From positions 64,001-128,000 of the forward strand of contig JBDRNC010000017.1 of assembly GCA_043811535.1 (NCBI GenBank): a stretch of 64,000 nucleotides of DNA, in the 5' to 3' direction. Position numbers and translations under genes: made by a program. The notes under the pieces were generated by a model. That model searched no databases. It saw only the letters and a program-made list of their open reading frames with translations, and was not told the DNA's origin. Source of the DNA: Elusimicrobiota bacterium. GTDB lineage: Bacteria; Elusimicrobiota; Endomicrobiia; Endomicrobiales; JBDRNC01. Positions 20,536-33,153 of this stretch are shown in pieces (positions within the stretch are counted from its first letter, which is position 1; every line of letters starts with the position of its first letter).

Positions 20536-21512
20536 TGCACCGTCCCGTGCGCTTTCGCGTTTCTAAGCGTGTCTTTATTGGTTGATATTACGTCAATGAT
20601 GCTGTTTTTTATGCTTTTCAGTTCAATGCCTTTCAGCAGTTCATCGCTGAATCTGTCATCCCGCGCCCAAAAATAGTTAAAAAATAGTATCGCGATTCTT
20701 GCGGGCAATAACGCGTGGATCCTGCCCATCAAGCCGCCGATCCGCGGCAAAGCTATCTGCCATAACCGTCTATTATGGACCTTCGCGTAGATAACCTTGA
20801 AGATATCGCCTACCGTTGAGGTTTCTGTCTCTCCAAAATATATCCTTCCCGCAGGCGCGTCGCCGTAGATGCAATTCAACAGCGCGGATGCCAGGTCATC
20901 GACATGTATGAGCGAAACCTTTCCGGAGAAATTGAAATGCACAAATGGGCTTCTGCGGCATACCATTGAAACAAATGCGTTTACATGCGATTCTGCGCGC
21001 ATGTATTTCCCGTAAACGAATGCCGGCCGTATAATCGCGTAGGGAAGACCGCTTTCAATCACATGTTTTTCCGCTGTCAATTTTGCCCGCCCGTAATCGG
21101 TGGTCGGGAAAGGCCTGCTGTCAGCTGAAAGCGGAAGCACGCAGTTGTCATTGCCTGTACGGCCGACTGCCGCGATCGAACTGATATAGATAAGTTTCTT
21201 AAGTGATTTCCCCTTTTTCAATATATTGACAATCTCCAGCGTCGGGACAGTTATGGACTTGCTGTAATCCGTTCCTCCTTCCATGCGGGATTCGGCCGCG
21301 ATATGGAAGAAATAATCAGATGAAAGGATTTCATTTTCATATTTACCCAGGGTTTCAAGGGAACCGGCCAGCTGGATAACTCTTTGGTCCGAAAGCTTAA
21401 GAATAGAACGCACAAGGATGTAAACCTTGTCTTCGGGCCGGATACGCCGCAACAACCTATTGAGAAATACGTTTCCGATGAACCCGCTTGCCCCGGTTAT
21501 GAATATATTCAT
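20532..21512 (-). CDS. NAD-dependent epimerase/dehydratase
   Basis: TGASGFIG and YGRAK (YxxxK) motifs. Confidence 0.85.
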   Translation of the reverse strand: MNIFITGASGFIGNVFLNRLLRRIRPEDKVYILVRSILKLSDQRVIQLAGSLETLGKYENEILSSDYFFHIAAESRMEGGTDYSKSITVPTLEIVNILKKGKSLKKLIYISSIAAVGRTGNDNCVLPLSADSRPFPTTDYGRAKLTAEKHVIESGLPYAIIRPAFVYGKYMRAESHVNAFVSMVCRRSPFVHFNFSGKVSLIHVDDLASALLNCIYGDAPAGRIYFGETETSTVGDIFKVIYAKVHNRRLWQIALPRIGGLMGRIHALLPARIAILFFNYFWARDDRFSDELLKGIELKSIKNSIIDVISTNKDTLRNAKAHGTVQ

Positions 21513-22921
21513 GTTACTGATGCGTTTTTTGCCTGCGTTTTCTTGAAAAATAATTTCTTCACCAGATACAACGAGAATAATATTTTTTTGAAAGACCGGA
21601 TGCCCATTAGTTGTCGCAGGATGAACAAAGGATTGAGGTAAATGCTTCTGATGGATTTGTTGTACAGGGCTATGATGTCGTCGCTGGATACGAGTGAATG
21701 CTGAAAATTTATTTTTTTCATCGCTTCATCGCTGGATTCGGTGATGATATTGCCCTGCAGTTTATCGGCAATATCGGTGAATCGTTCCGCCCATAATATA
21801 TTAATTGAGATATAATCAAAATGCAGTTTTTTCACAAACTCCACGGATCTGACCATGTCATCCAGCGATTCTTCGGGCAATCCTAAAATAATAAAGACAG
21901 ATTTATGTATTCCGTGTTTTCTGCACAGGCCGACCACTTCGCGGACTTTTTCGTCAGGAAACTTTTTGCCGTACAGTTTTCTTACTTCGTAATTGCCGCT
22001 TTCCAGCCCGAATTCAATGCACCTGCATCCCGCCTTTGCCATCGCTTCGATAGTCTCGGCGGACATAAGGTCGAAGCGGGAAGAGCAGAACCACCTCAAT
22101 TTGATGTTCTTTTCAACCATCAGCTGGCAGAAACGCAGCAGCTGGTTCTTGTGGTACGCAAACGAGAAATCGTGGAAATAAACTTCGCTTATTCCGCACT
22201 TAACGATGTGTTCCATCTCGGCGATAAGATTTTCAGGCGTTCTCCGGGCAACAATAGGATAAAGCTGAGGGGCCCAGCAGAACGCGCAGCCCATCTTGCA
22301 TCCGAAGGTGGACATAGCGGTAGTCAATAATCCCCCCACGCTGTCATAGTGAAAGTAGGAGTTGGACTTGAAAACTTCATGGCGCGGCAGCGGAATTTCG
22401 AATTCCGGCGGCATGTCCTTGATCCTGCCTTTCAAGGCGCCGTTCTCTATGTAAAACACGTTGAATAGGCCGTCGCTCCGGTCCCCGCTGATAAAAGCCG
22501 CGGAGCTGTTATACGCGTAATCGTACACAAGGGCTTTAATAAAGGGATTTTCTTTCAATATCTTCTCGGAATGCTGGTTGTCTAACCGGTCCTTGTGGTT
22601 TGCCAGCAGTATGATATCGGTTGCCGCGGAGCGGGATTTGATATCGCGCAGAAGGGCCAGGTCCTTGTCTTCAAAAAACGGGCTGTAAGTGGATACGATA
22701 ACATCGTATTTTTTCCCGCTTAAAAAAGCTTCCATTGAGTCATTTTTGTCAATTTGAAAATCCTTGTGCTCAATGGAGAATCCCGCGTCGTGGAGATAGC
22801 CGCTCAAATAAATCAGATCCACCAGCGGCCAGAGATAGTTAGGGTCCCCGATCTTGGCCCTGTGCAGTATCCTGTAGCAGGGAATCTCAGAAGGCGGGTT
22901 AAGCAGTAATATCTTCTTCAT
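21509..22921 (-). CDS. B12-binding-domain radical SAM protein
   Basis: ILLLNPP N-terminus, CKMGCAFC (CX3CX2C), FGLESG and ILGLPEES motifs; start at ATG 22921. Confidence 0.82.
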   Translation of the reverse strand: MKKILLLNPPSEIPCYRILHRAKIGDPNYLWPLVDLIYLSGYLHDAGFSIEHKDFQIDKNDSMEAFLSGKKYDVIVSTYSPFFEDKDLALLRDIKSRSAATDIILLANHKDRLDNQHSEKILKENPFIKALVYDYAYNSSAAFISGDRSDGLFNVFYIENGALKGRIKDMPPEFEIPLPRHEVFKSNSYFHYDSVGGLLTTAMSTFGCKMGCAFCWAPQLYPIVARRTPENLIAEMEHIVKCGISEVYFHDFSFAYHKNQLLRFCQLMVEKNIKLRWFCSSRFDLMSAETIEAMAKAGCRCIEFGLESGNYEVRKLYGKKFPDEKVREVVGLCRKHGIHKSVFIILGLPEESLDDMVRSVEFVKKLHFDYISINILWAERFTDIADKLQGNIITESSDEAMKKINFQHSLVSSDDIIALYNKSIRSIYLNPLFILRQLMGIRSFKKILFSLYLVKKLFFKKTQAKNASVT

Positions 22922-22926
22922 TGTTT

Positions 22927-24992
<2,066 letters not shown>

Positions 24993-24996
24993 CGTT

Positions 24997-26748
24997 TCAA
25001 CTCCTTTTAAATATTCGTATTCCCGGATTGATGTGCGACATCCCGATATCGTGGCTATATCCCATTATTCCCGCCCCGCGGCTGAAAGTCCTCAAAAGCG
25101 CGTATTTATTGGCTTCAAGAAATGCGTTTGTTTCGGCATCCGATTTGCCTGTTTGGATGATATATTCGGGGCCGTTTGAGAACGTGTCCCGGTTAAGAAT
25201 AACCGTCAGCCTGTAATTTATGAAATTAAACGGCGGAACATGCGACGGCTCGGGAAAATAAAAAACGCCGATGCTTGAGCCATAAGGAAGATTTTCGTTT
25301 ATCCACTTGCCGGCCGTGACACGTGAAGAATCCCGGTACGTGTCGTTAATCAAATTCCGCACGCACACTGCGGAGGCCGCGGATAATTGAAATGTTACCG
25401 CTGCCAATAAAACGAGAGAAACGGCGAATACACGGTTTTTTGAAAGCAAACGCTCGAACATAACGGCGGAAGGAATGCAAAGAATGGCGAGCCAAGGCAG
25501 GAGAACCCTCGTGTTGTGTATCGAAATATTGTGACTCCGCCAGATCCATGCCGAAAGCAGCAGCGGAATTACTCCGGATATCAGTATGATCCTCTCCTTT
25601 TTGCCCGGCTTCGCGGAAAAGAGGGCTATGCCTCCCAGGAAAGAAAGAATAATGCCTGCCGGTGCGCCCGATGGAATCTGCCTGAAGATGTAATAAATAA
25701 AATCAGAGAATTTTCCGGAGCCGGAACCTTTGACCGCCGTAAAAGAAACGACCTCCGACAACAGCCCCTTGTAGTCCAGTATCCAATAAGGATTTGTCAG
25801 CGCGAAAACAGATAAGGCTGAAACTGTGAATAGAGCGATATTTTTCACTTTGAATCTGCCGCCCGCGGCGAATACTGTCAGAGGAGCGGCTGCGATCAGT
25901 CCGTAGAACGGCATAGAGGCGACCGTCAGCCCAAGACATGCGCCCGAGAGGACGTAGTATTTCATTGATTCGCCGGATTCAGAAAGCAGGATCGAAAAAT
26001 ACAGGCAGGATAGAGCGAAAAAAGTTCCCATGCAGTAAGGCTTCATTATGTGCTGCTGGATGACCACGGCCGGCAGCAGCGTGAAGAACAGTGCGGCTAT
26101 CAGTCCGGCCGTTTCCGTGAAAAATCTTTTGCAGATGATAAAGAGCATTAGAATGGAAAGCGATGTGAATATTGAATTCATTATTCTGCCGGCCGTAAAG
26201 AATTTGCCCATTTCCACGGGGTTTTGAAAATAAAAGGAAAGATCGGTAGTTAATTTCAGGATTCCGGCAAGTTTCAGGCAGGCGAACCAGGCGCCGACAG
26301 AATATATATACGCGCCACCGTATTGGAAGATTCTCGGGTTGAAATCAAGTTTTTCAGGGCGCATGCCTCCGAGGGATGCTATTGTCATCTGTTCGTCGGT
26401 GTGGCAGGATCTCAACAGGTACGGCCTGATAAAATTAGAAAGCGCCGTCCTGTTTCGGTAGAATACCGGATTCTCTCTGGTTTTGACGCCCATGGTTTTC
26501 ATTATAGGGGTTAAGTCTGCCGGGCCGGAGGCGTCTTTCTTAACGCGTCCCAACGGGCTGTTGCCGCTGTTTTCGTATATGTCGTTCCTGGCGGAGACCA
26601 TGAAGTTATAGAAAGCGGCGTTATCCAGTTCTTTCGGCATAACGAGATCTTTACGGGTCTCCCCGGGAATTCCCCAGTCGGATCCGGCCAGATTGATGAA
26701 TATTGAAACAAGAATAATGAAGCTCAGCGCGAAGTATCTCAGGTTCAC
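24997..26748 (-). CDS. GT-C fold (GT39-like) membrane glycosyltransferase
   Basis: WGIP, HTDE, LDFNP..FQYG, GR and TNPY motifs shared with the other GT-C paralogs; GTG start. Confidence 0.7.
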   Translation of the reverse strand: MNLRYFALSFIILVSIFINLAGSDWGIPGETRKDLVMPKELDNAAFYNFMVSARNDIYENSGNSPLGRVKKDASGPADLTPIMKTMGVKTRENPVFYRNRTALSNFIRPYLLRSCHTDEQMTIASLGGMRPEKLDFNPRIFQYGGAYIYSVGAWFACLKLAGILKLTTDLSFYFQNPVEMGKFFTAGRIMNSIFTSLSILMLFIICKRFFTETAGLIAALFFTLLPAVVIQQHIMKPYCMGTFFALSCLYFSILLSESGESMKYYVLSGACLGLTVASMPFYGLIAAAPLTVFAAGGRFKVKNIALFTVSALSVFALTNPYWILDYKGLLSEVVSFTAVKGSGSGKFSDFIYYIFRQIPSGAPAGIILSFLGGIALFSAKPGKKERIILISGVIPLLLSAWIWRSHNISIHNTRVLLPWLAILCIPSAVMFERLLSKNRVFAVSLVLLAAVTFQLSAASAVCVRNLINDTYRDSSRVTAGKWINENLPYGSSIGVFYFPEPSHVPPFNFINYRLTVILNRDTFSNGPEYIIQTGKSDAETNAFLEANKYALLRTFSRGAGIMGYSHDIGMSHINPGIRIFKRS

Positions 26749-28172
26749 TTGTTCTCTTTTCTCAGAAGCGAAACTATGAAACTTATGCCCGCTTTTACGT
26801 ACATAAGCAGTTCCGCCGCTGATTTAACTCTGATGATTTTTTTGATGATATAGGAAGGCCTTAAATAGAATTTTCTGTAAGCCGTCATGAGTATCTCGTA
26901 TACTTCTGATTCCGAGAATATGTTCCACAGCGGCGGTTTGAAATCCACGGACGGATTTTTTGCGTATTCATGCCAGACGTCATAAGGCACGACTTTCTTT
27001 TCCAATGCTTCGGCATACAGAGTAGTACACGGATAAAGCGTGAACAGCGAGAATTGCACGAATTCCGTGTCCAGCTCGCAGGCCAGATCTATCGTTTCAA
27101 ACGCTTCTTTCCTGGTCTCGTCCGGACAGCCGGTCATGAAATCGGCAAGTGATATCATATTCAGTTTTTTCATCAGTTTGAAGATCTCAATGACCCTGGG
27201 TATGGGAACCTGCTTGTTAAGGAGCTTCTGGATATGGGGGTTGGCCGATTCAACGCCGAAACTGATCCTCAGACAATGCGCCTGTTTCATGTAGCTCAGG
27301 GTTTCCTCGTCCATGGTGTCTATCCTGGAGCGGCAGCTCCAGACAATGTCCAGTTTTTTTTCCAATACCTGCTTGCAGAATTCGATGGTTCTTTTTTTGT
27401 TTACGGTGAAAGTCTCGTCCCAGAAAAAGAAATTCTTTATACCGAGGCTCAGGCAATATTCGATTTCCGCCAGTATGTTCTGGACGCCCCTGTACCGCCA
27501 GCCGCTGTTCTGCTTAAAACAGAAATTGCACTTGAAAGGGCATCCCCTCGATGTTATCATCGTCGTGATCGGGTTTATCTGGTCTATGAAAGAGTAGTAT
27601 TTCTTATAATCGGTCCAGTCCCGTTCCGGTATCGGGATGGAATCCAAATCGTTTTCAGAGTGCTCTTTCGCGCTTTTTACCACGGAACCGTTGCTTTTAT
27701 AGTGCAGATTAGAAACGTTCCCGTAATCATGTTTTCCTTCAATCTCGAGTAGCAGTTCATGGAACGCTTTTTCGCCGTCGTTGGCAACGACGAAATCAAC
27801 GAATTCGTTCGACAGCGTCTCCACGGGGTAGATGCTGATATGGGGGCCGCCGAAGACAACAAGAGTCTTAGGCGAGAGTTTTTTTACTTCCTTGGCTATG
27901 TAATACGTGTCCAGCAGCGAGAATGTCCAGCATGATATACCCACGACATCCGAGCCGTAGGCGACGGCTTTTTTCGCTATTTGCGCGTGGTCAAGCCGCT
28001 CTAAATTGGCGTCGATCACCTGGACTTTGCAGAACGGCATGTGGATCTTAAGGTATGTCGCAATGTACATGAGTCCCAGCGGCGGAAAGAAACCTTCGTT
28101 CTCGTCCACGAATCTGGGTTTTGTGGTTTTGATGGAATTAGTGAATGGAGGATGTATCAAAGAGACTTTCAT
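26745..28172 (-). CDS. Cobalamin-dependent radical SAM protein (class B methyltransferase-like)
   Basis: PPLGLMYIA, VFGGPH, DGE, SRGCPFKCNFC and FGVES motifs. Confidence 0.9.
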   Translation of the reverse strand: MKVSLIHPPFTNSIKTTKPRFVDENEGFFPPLGLMYIATYLKIHMPFCKVQVIDANLERLDHAQIAKKAVAYGSDVVGISCWTFSLLDTYYIAKEVKKLSPKTLVVFGGPHISIYPVETLSNEFVDFVVANDGEKAFHELLLEIEGKHDYGNVSNLHYKSNGSVVKSAKEHSENDLDSIPIPERDWTDYKKYYSFIDQINPITTMITSRGCPFKCNFCFKQNSGWRYRGVQNILAEIEYCLSLGIKNFFFWDETFTVNKKRTIEFCKQVLEKKLDIVWSCRSRIDTMDEETLSYMKQAHCLRISFGVESANPHIQKLLNKQVPIPRVIEIFKLMKKLNMISLADFMTGCPDETRKEAFETIDLACELDTEFVQFSLFTLYPCTTLYAEALEKKVVPYDVWHEYAKNPSVDFKPPLWNIFSESEVYEILMTAYRKFYLRPSYIIKKIIRVKSAAELLMYVKAGISFIVSLLRKENK

Positions 28173-28202
28173 GTAGGCACTGGCCCCTTTTTAAAGTTTG
28201 AT

Positions 28203-28895
28203 TTATTTGAACAGCGAGTATTGTATGATGCAGCGCAGGGCGGATATCCCGTCCTCCCATCTTATTTTTTTGCCTTCCTTATGAGTCCTGCCGTAATAAG
28301 AGATCGGAACCTCATATATCCTGTATTTAAGCTTTGCTATCTTGGCCGTGATCTCCGGTTCGATTCCGAAACGGTTTTCTTTCAGTGGAATCCGTTTGAT
28401 AATGTCGGACATGAAAGCCTTTAAACCCACTTCCATATCGGTTAAATTAAGATTCGTGAATATGTTTGACAGAAGCGTTAAACACTTGTTTGTCAGGTAA
28501 TGCCTGAAAAACATCACCCTGTGAGATCCTTCCCCGGGCTTCAGCCTTGTCCCGTATACTGCGTCGGCATCGCCGTCTATCAGAGGTTTTAGCATCGCCG
28601 GATAATCGTTCGGCGAATATTCAAAATCCGCGTCCTGGATCAGGATGTAATCTCCCGTGGCCCTTTCGATGCCGGCCCTTACGGCCGCGCCTTTGCCCAT
28701 GTTCTTTCCCTGGTCAATAAGTACAATGCCGGGGTTGTTGATGCTCTTTATCCTTTCAAGGGTAAGATCGGTGGAACAGTCATTGATTACAATGACTTCC
28801 TTGTCAAGCGGAAGGCTGCACTGCAAAACTTGATTAATGATAGGAACTACCGTTTCCTGTTCGTTAAAAACCGGGATAATAATAGATACTTTCAT
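28203..28895 (-). CDS. Glycosyltransferase family 2 (DPM1-like polyprenol-phosphate glycosyltransferase)
   Basis: IIIPVFNE, DCSTD, GKGAAVR, QDADFEY, FGIEPEIT, YEVPISY and GKKI motifs. Confidence 0.9.
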   Translation of the reverse strand: MKVSIIIPVFNEQETVVPIINQVLQCSLPLDKEVIVINDCSTDLTLERIKSINNPGIVLIDQGKNMGKGAAVRAGIERATGDYILIQDADFEYSPNDYPAMLKPLIDGDADAVYGTRLKPGEGSHRVMFFRHYLTNKCLTLLSNIFTNLNLTDMEVGLKAFMSDIIKRIPLKENRFGIEPEITAKIAKLKYRIYEVPISYYGRTHKEGKKIRWEDGISALRCIIQYSLFK

Positions 28896-28952
28896 AATTG
28901 ATTACCTCTTATCCGCGTCAGATTTATCGATAAAATATTTGTGATCTGCGGA

Positions 28953-30080
28953 CTATTCAAGCATTCCCCTTCTTTTCAGGAATTTATAAACTTCCTCGGC
29001 GCATAGTTTATTGCCTTCTTCGTTCCAGTGCGCGTCGGTTCTGAAATAAAGCTGTTCACCTTTGGCGGCGCTGACCGTGAATGCACCTGTAAGGTCAATG
29101 TAGGGAATGCCGGTGTTTTTCAATATCCGGGCAAATTCTTTTTGAGCCCTGAAAAGGTCATAATCGGATTTATAGAACTTGTCCAGCAGGCCGCTGTATA
29201 CCTGCTCTTTCATGGGGACTATAAGCACGGCGACTTTAATAGAGTTAGTATCTGCGGACTTCTTTATATCCAGGAAATATTTCTTGTGAAGCTTTATTCC
29301 TTTCTGCCAGGATTTTTCGTCCATGTTTAAAAACGTGTCGACAGCTGCGATGCTCATCACAAAATCAAGGCCGCCTTCTTTGACCGGGAATTGCCTGCCT
29401 ATCTTTTCGCGCGCGGGCACATCCAGCATTCTTATAAGACAAAAAGATATGCTGTGTTCCCAGAGCCATTGAACCATATTCTGGAATACGGCTGGCTTCG
29501 GTGTTTTAGCGCGATCGACCGGCGAATCGCTGGAAACCGCGTCATGAAAATCATTTACGAAAAGCTGAATTATAAGTATTTTCGGCTTTAGACCAAGTCC
29601 GAAATGCTTGAATATGTAATCAAACTGCTTTATGCACTGTCCGCTGGCTCCCAGATTGGCAAAATCTTTACCTGTTTTTTTTTCGAGAAGTTCTATCCAG
29701 TTATTTTCTATTTCAACTCCCGGAGAGAATGCGAAAGAGTCCCCCAGTACGACAGCATAAGCCTTCCCTTGCAAGCCGTCATCCCTGAAACCAACCGAAC
29801 CATCGCCGAACCCTACGGTTTTTACCCGGTATTTGAAATCAGGATGTCCCTCAAGGAACACATCCACCCCGGGCTTGAATATCGTGCCGAGAACCGGATG
29901 CTGCGCGTGCAGTTTTGCGGTAATTCTTTCAAGCCTTATCAGGCCTCTTCTGTTATCGATGAATTCCGGCATTGATGCCGGAAAGGCCCGCCCGGCAATT
30001 TCAATAATGACGATCGCCAGAAATATGCCGAAGAGCATCAGTGCCGCTGATTCCATGAAGTGTTTGATGTTTTTATTCAT
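28953..30080 (-). CDS. SGNH/AlgX-AlgJ-like O-acyltransferase or esterase with N-terminal membrane anchor
   Basis: GDSF nucleophile block, FVND and C-terminal DAHWN (DxH); N-terminal TM helix. Confidence 0.75.
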   Translation of the reverse strand: MNKNIKHFMESAALMLFGIFLAIVIIEIAGRAFPASMPEFIDNRRGLIRLERITAKLHAQHPVLGTIFKPGVDVFLEGHPDFKYRVKTVGFGDGSVGFRDDGLQGKAYAVVLGDSFAFSPGVEIENNWIELLEKKTGKDFANLGASGQCIKQFDYIFKHFGLGLKPKILIIQLFVNDFHDAVSSDSPVDRAKTPKPAVFQNMVQWLWEHSISFCLIRMLDVPAREKIGRQFPVKEGGLDFVMSIAAVDTFLNMDEKSWQKGIKLHKKYFLDIKKSADTNSIKVAVLIVPMKEQVYSGLLDKFYKSDYDLFRAQKEFARILKNTGIPYIDLTGAFTVSAAKGEQLYFRTDAHWNEEGNKLCAEEVYKFLKRRGMLE

Positions 30081-30093
30081 AGATGCCCGGGTT

Positions 30094-31992
30094 TCAGTTT
30101 CTGATATCCTTGTCTATATACATCTTGTGCCACATTTCCAGCATCAGGAGAGCCCACATGCGGTATCCGTGGTCCCTTTTACCTTCAATATGTTCCTTGA
30201 ACATTTCCTCAAGCCTTTGCCTGCTGAAATATCCCCTGTTTAAGGCCTTTTCAGATAAAACCGTTTCCCTGAAATAATCCTTCCAATCGGTCTTGAACCA
30301 CTTCCCGACGGGTATGCCGAAACCCATTTTCCCCCTGTTTATTATCTGCCTGGGAAGAAAATCATTGAAGGTTTTCTTGAGAATATGCTTCGTCGAAAGT
30401 CCCTTGATCTTCCATGACGACGGTAGAGACGCCGAAAATTCCATTAATTTGTGGTCAAGGAAAGGGCTTCTCGCTTCAAGCGAGTTAGCCATCGATGCTA
30501 TATCCATCTTGACCAGCAGGCATTCCGGCAGGTAGGCGTTTATGTCGGTGTAGAATGTCTTGTCCATAATATCGCTGGCGGGAGCGTTCCTGAAAATTTC
30601 CATCATGTAGTCGAACGCGTTCTGTTGAATACGCGATTTCATCTGGTCCGAATAAAGAAGCTGTTTCGCGTCGTTCGTGAAGAAGCAGTGCCAGTATATA
30701 TTCCTCATCGCGGGCGGTTCCGAAAGCGCCGTTATAAGGCGGTACATGTATCGGAACATGTTCCGGCCCTTTGTCGTTTCGGTATGGGGCAGGAGCCTGG
30801 CAAGTTTTTCGGTTGCCGTCCTGCCGATGAGCTGAAAAGGGAAGGCAAAATAAAGCGAGCCTTTCAGGGCCTTGTAGCGCAGATACCCGCCGAAGGATTC
30901 ATCGCCGCCGTCGCCGTTGAGCGCGACGGTCACGTGTTTTTTTGTCTCGCGCGAAACAAGATATGAAGGAAGCGCGGACGAATCTGCGAAAGGCTGCCCG
31001 TAATGCCACACGATCTTGGGAAGAAGTTCAATAAAATTGGCTTTCAGGACGAATTCGTGGTGCTCGGTCTTGAAATGTTCGGCAACCGCCCTGGCGTAAT
31101 GAAGTTCCGAGAACTCCGCTTCCTCAAAACCGATGGAAAAGGTTTTGACGGGTTTTGAAGAGAGCCCGCTCATGAGTCCCACGATTATGCTGGAATCGTG
31201 CCCGCCTGACAGGAATGCGCCGAGCGGGACATCCGAGATCATCCTGAGTCTTGTCGCTTCCGTGAGTATTTCCCTTGTTTTGTCACATGCTTCTGAAAAT
31301 GAAAGGTCTGTTTTTTCCCTGAAATCAAGATCCCAGTACCTTTGGACGTTTATCTTCCCGGTTTTGTCGCACGTGAGCGTGCGGGCCGGCGGCAATGAAT
31401 GTATGTTATTGAAAATAGTCTTCGGGGAAGGGATATACTGATAAGTGAGAAAAAGGTCAATAGAAGCCACGTCTATTTCGGGGGTCTTGTTTAGGTACTC
31501 GAGTATTGATTTTATTTCAGAAGCGAAGACGAGCGCGCCTTCGGAAAGGGTGTAATACAGCGGTTTTTTCCCGACCCTGTCCTTTGCCATGAAGAGTTTT
31601 TGGTTCTTTTCGTCCCATAAAGCGAACGCGAACATTCCCCGCAGGTGCTGGACGCATTTTTCACCGTACTCTTCGTACAGGTGGACAATAACTTCCGTGT
31701 CGGTTCTGGTGTAGAAACCGTGCTTTGTTTCAAGGTTTTTTCTGAGTTCAAGGAAATTATAGATTTCCCCGTTCAGGACTACCCAGATGGATTTGTCTTC
31801 GTTGTGGATGGGCTGGTGTCCGGTTTGAAGGTCAATGATGGAAAGTCTTCTCATGCCGAGGCCGATATTCCCCTTTACATATACGCCCTCGTCGTCGGGC
31901 CCGCGGTACTTGATTACATCGCACATCCTGCGCAGGACGTTCTCTTCCGACGGTTTGTTGTTAAAGTGATAGATTCCCGCTATTCCGCACAT
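30094..31992 (-). CDS. asnB: Asparagine synthase-like amidotransferase (second copy)
   Basis: MCGIAG, RGPDD, NGEIYN, LSGGHDSS, PFADSS, GDGGDE and KMDIASMANSLEARSPFLD motifs. Confidence 0.92.
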   Translation of the reverse strand: MCGIAGIYHFNNKPSEENVLRRMCDVIKYRGPDDEGVYVKGNIGLGMRRLSIIDLQTGHQPIHNEDKSIWVVLNGEIYNFLELRKNLETKHGFYTRTDTEVIVHLYEEYGEKCVQHLRGMFAFALWDEKNQKLFMAKDRVGKKPLYYTLSEGALVFASEIKSILEYLNKTPEIDVASIDLFLTYQYIPSPKTIFNNIHSLPPARTLTCDKTGKINVQRYWDLDFREKTDLSFSEACDKTREILTEATRLRMISDVPLGAFLSGGHDSSIIVGLMSGLSSKPVKTFSIGFEEAEFSELHYARAVAEHFKTEHHEFVLKANFIELLPKIVWHYGQPFADSSALPSYLVSRETKKHVTVALNGDGGDESFGGYLRYKALKGSLYFAFPFQLIGRTATEKLARLLPHTETTKGRNMFRYMYRLITALSEPPAMRNIYWHCFFTNDAKQLLYSDQMKSRIQQNAFDYMMEIFRNAPASDIMDKTFYTDINAYLPECLLVKMDIASMANSLEARSPFLDHKLMEFSASLPSSWKIKGLSTKHILKKTFNDFLPRQIINRGKMGFGIPVGKWFKTDWKDYFRETVLSEKALNRGYFSRQRLEEMFKEHIEGKRDHGYRMWALLMLEMWHKMYIDKDIRN

Positions 31993-32089
31993 TGAAATAT
32001 TGCCTGAAAAACAATGGATTTATTAAAATTTTCAACTGGTAAAAGAAAAAAACAACAGGGTTGAGTTGAATATACCCGTAATTTTACCT

Positions 32090-32121
32090 ATTATACCATA
32101 ATTTCAAGCATTTTTTAATTT
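32090..32121 (-). promoter_or_regulatory. Putative sigma70 extended -10 promoter (TGG-TATAAT) for the downstream half of the locus
   Basis: Minus strand reads TTAAAA-17 nt-TATAAT with TG just before the -10 box, inside the largest AT-rich intergenic gap (31993-32163). Confidence 0.5.
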
Positions 32122-32163
32122 GATTTTAGTTAAAAATATGCAGGGTTTGCGGAAGGTTATATG

Positions 32164-33153
32164 CTACTTATCCAGGGATAAAAGGTAGTTTTCGGCGTTT
32201 TTGAAATCTTCGGGTCCGAGGATCGTGAGTTTTGCGGTTCTGAACTTCTTAAACAAAAACCTTATTGCGGCCAGGATAAAAGCGGGAAGCAGGGATGAAA
32301 TGTATGTTTTCAAGTAATCCGTGTTCTTTCGTTTCATTTTTCTGAGCAGTTCCCTTGCTTTTCCGCACAGGCCGTTCTTAATCAGAACGACTGCCTGGCT
32401 GCGGTACACAAGATCATGCAGCATGTCGTAAATCTCCGCGGGAGGATTGGCCGATTCAAGCGAGATAATCGATTCCTCAATGCACCTGTCCCTGTTCTGA
32501 GTTATGCTCAGCGCGTGAATCCTATATACCGAAAGGGGTTCTGGTATTACGCCCGTATCAAAATCCTTAATCACGCGCGCGAAATACTCGGTGTCGCCGA
32601 GATAAGTCATATCTTCGCGGTAAGTTCCGGCTTTCTCCACCGCCTCTCTTTTCAACGCGACGTTCGTTGTTACATAGGGAAGCCAGTGATTAGATATTGC
32701 CATATACGCCGGCAACCTGCCTGACGGTATTTTTGTATTCTCGTCGAACATTTTAGATATTATACGGCCGTCCTGGTGGATATAGCCGTTCGAGAAAATG
32801 AAACCGGCGGTCGGATTGGATACGGCAAACTCGCGGAATATTTCGAGTTTCCCGGGCAGCCAGACGTCGTCCGAGTCAAGAAACGTAATATATCTGCCGG
32901 AAGCTTTCCTGAAGGCCTCGTTCTTGCGCGCCGGATAGCCTTTGTTGTCTGTGTGCTCGATAAAATGCCAGCCCGCGTGTCCGCTGAATTCCCGGAAAAC
33001 CGTTTTTGTTTCGTCGGACGACCCATCGTCAATGATGAAAGCCTCAAAATCTTTGAATGTCTGGCCGTCAAGGCTTCTCAAGGCGGATTTCAGAAGTCCA
33101 GCCCTGTTATATGTGACAATGATTACCGTGAAAAACGGGTTTGAATTAGACAT
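32164..33153 (-). CDS. Glycosyltransferase family 2
   Basis: VIIVTYNR, IDDGSSD and FLDSDD motifs. Confidence 0.9.
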   Translation of the reverse strand: MSNSNPFFTVIIVTYNRAGLLKSALRSLDGQTFKDFEAFIIDDGSSDETKTVFREFSGHAGWHFIEHTDNKGYPARKNEAFRKASGRYITFLDSDDVWLPGKLEIFREFAVSNPTAGFIFSNGYIHQDGRIISKMFDENTKIPSGRLPAYMAISNHWLPYVTTNVALKREAVEKAGTYREDMTYLGDTEYFARVIKDFDTGVIPEPLSVYRIHALSITQNRDRCIEESIISLESANPPAEIYDMLHDLVYRSQAVVLIKNGLCGKARELLRKMKRKNTDYLKTYISSLLPAFILAAIRFLFKKFRTAKLTILGPEDFKNAENYLLSLDK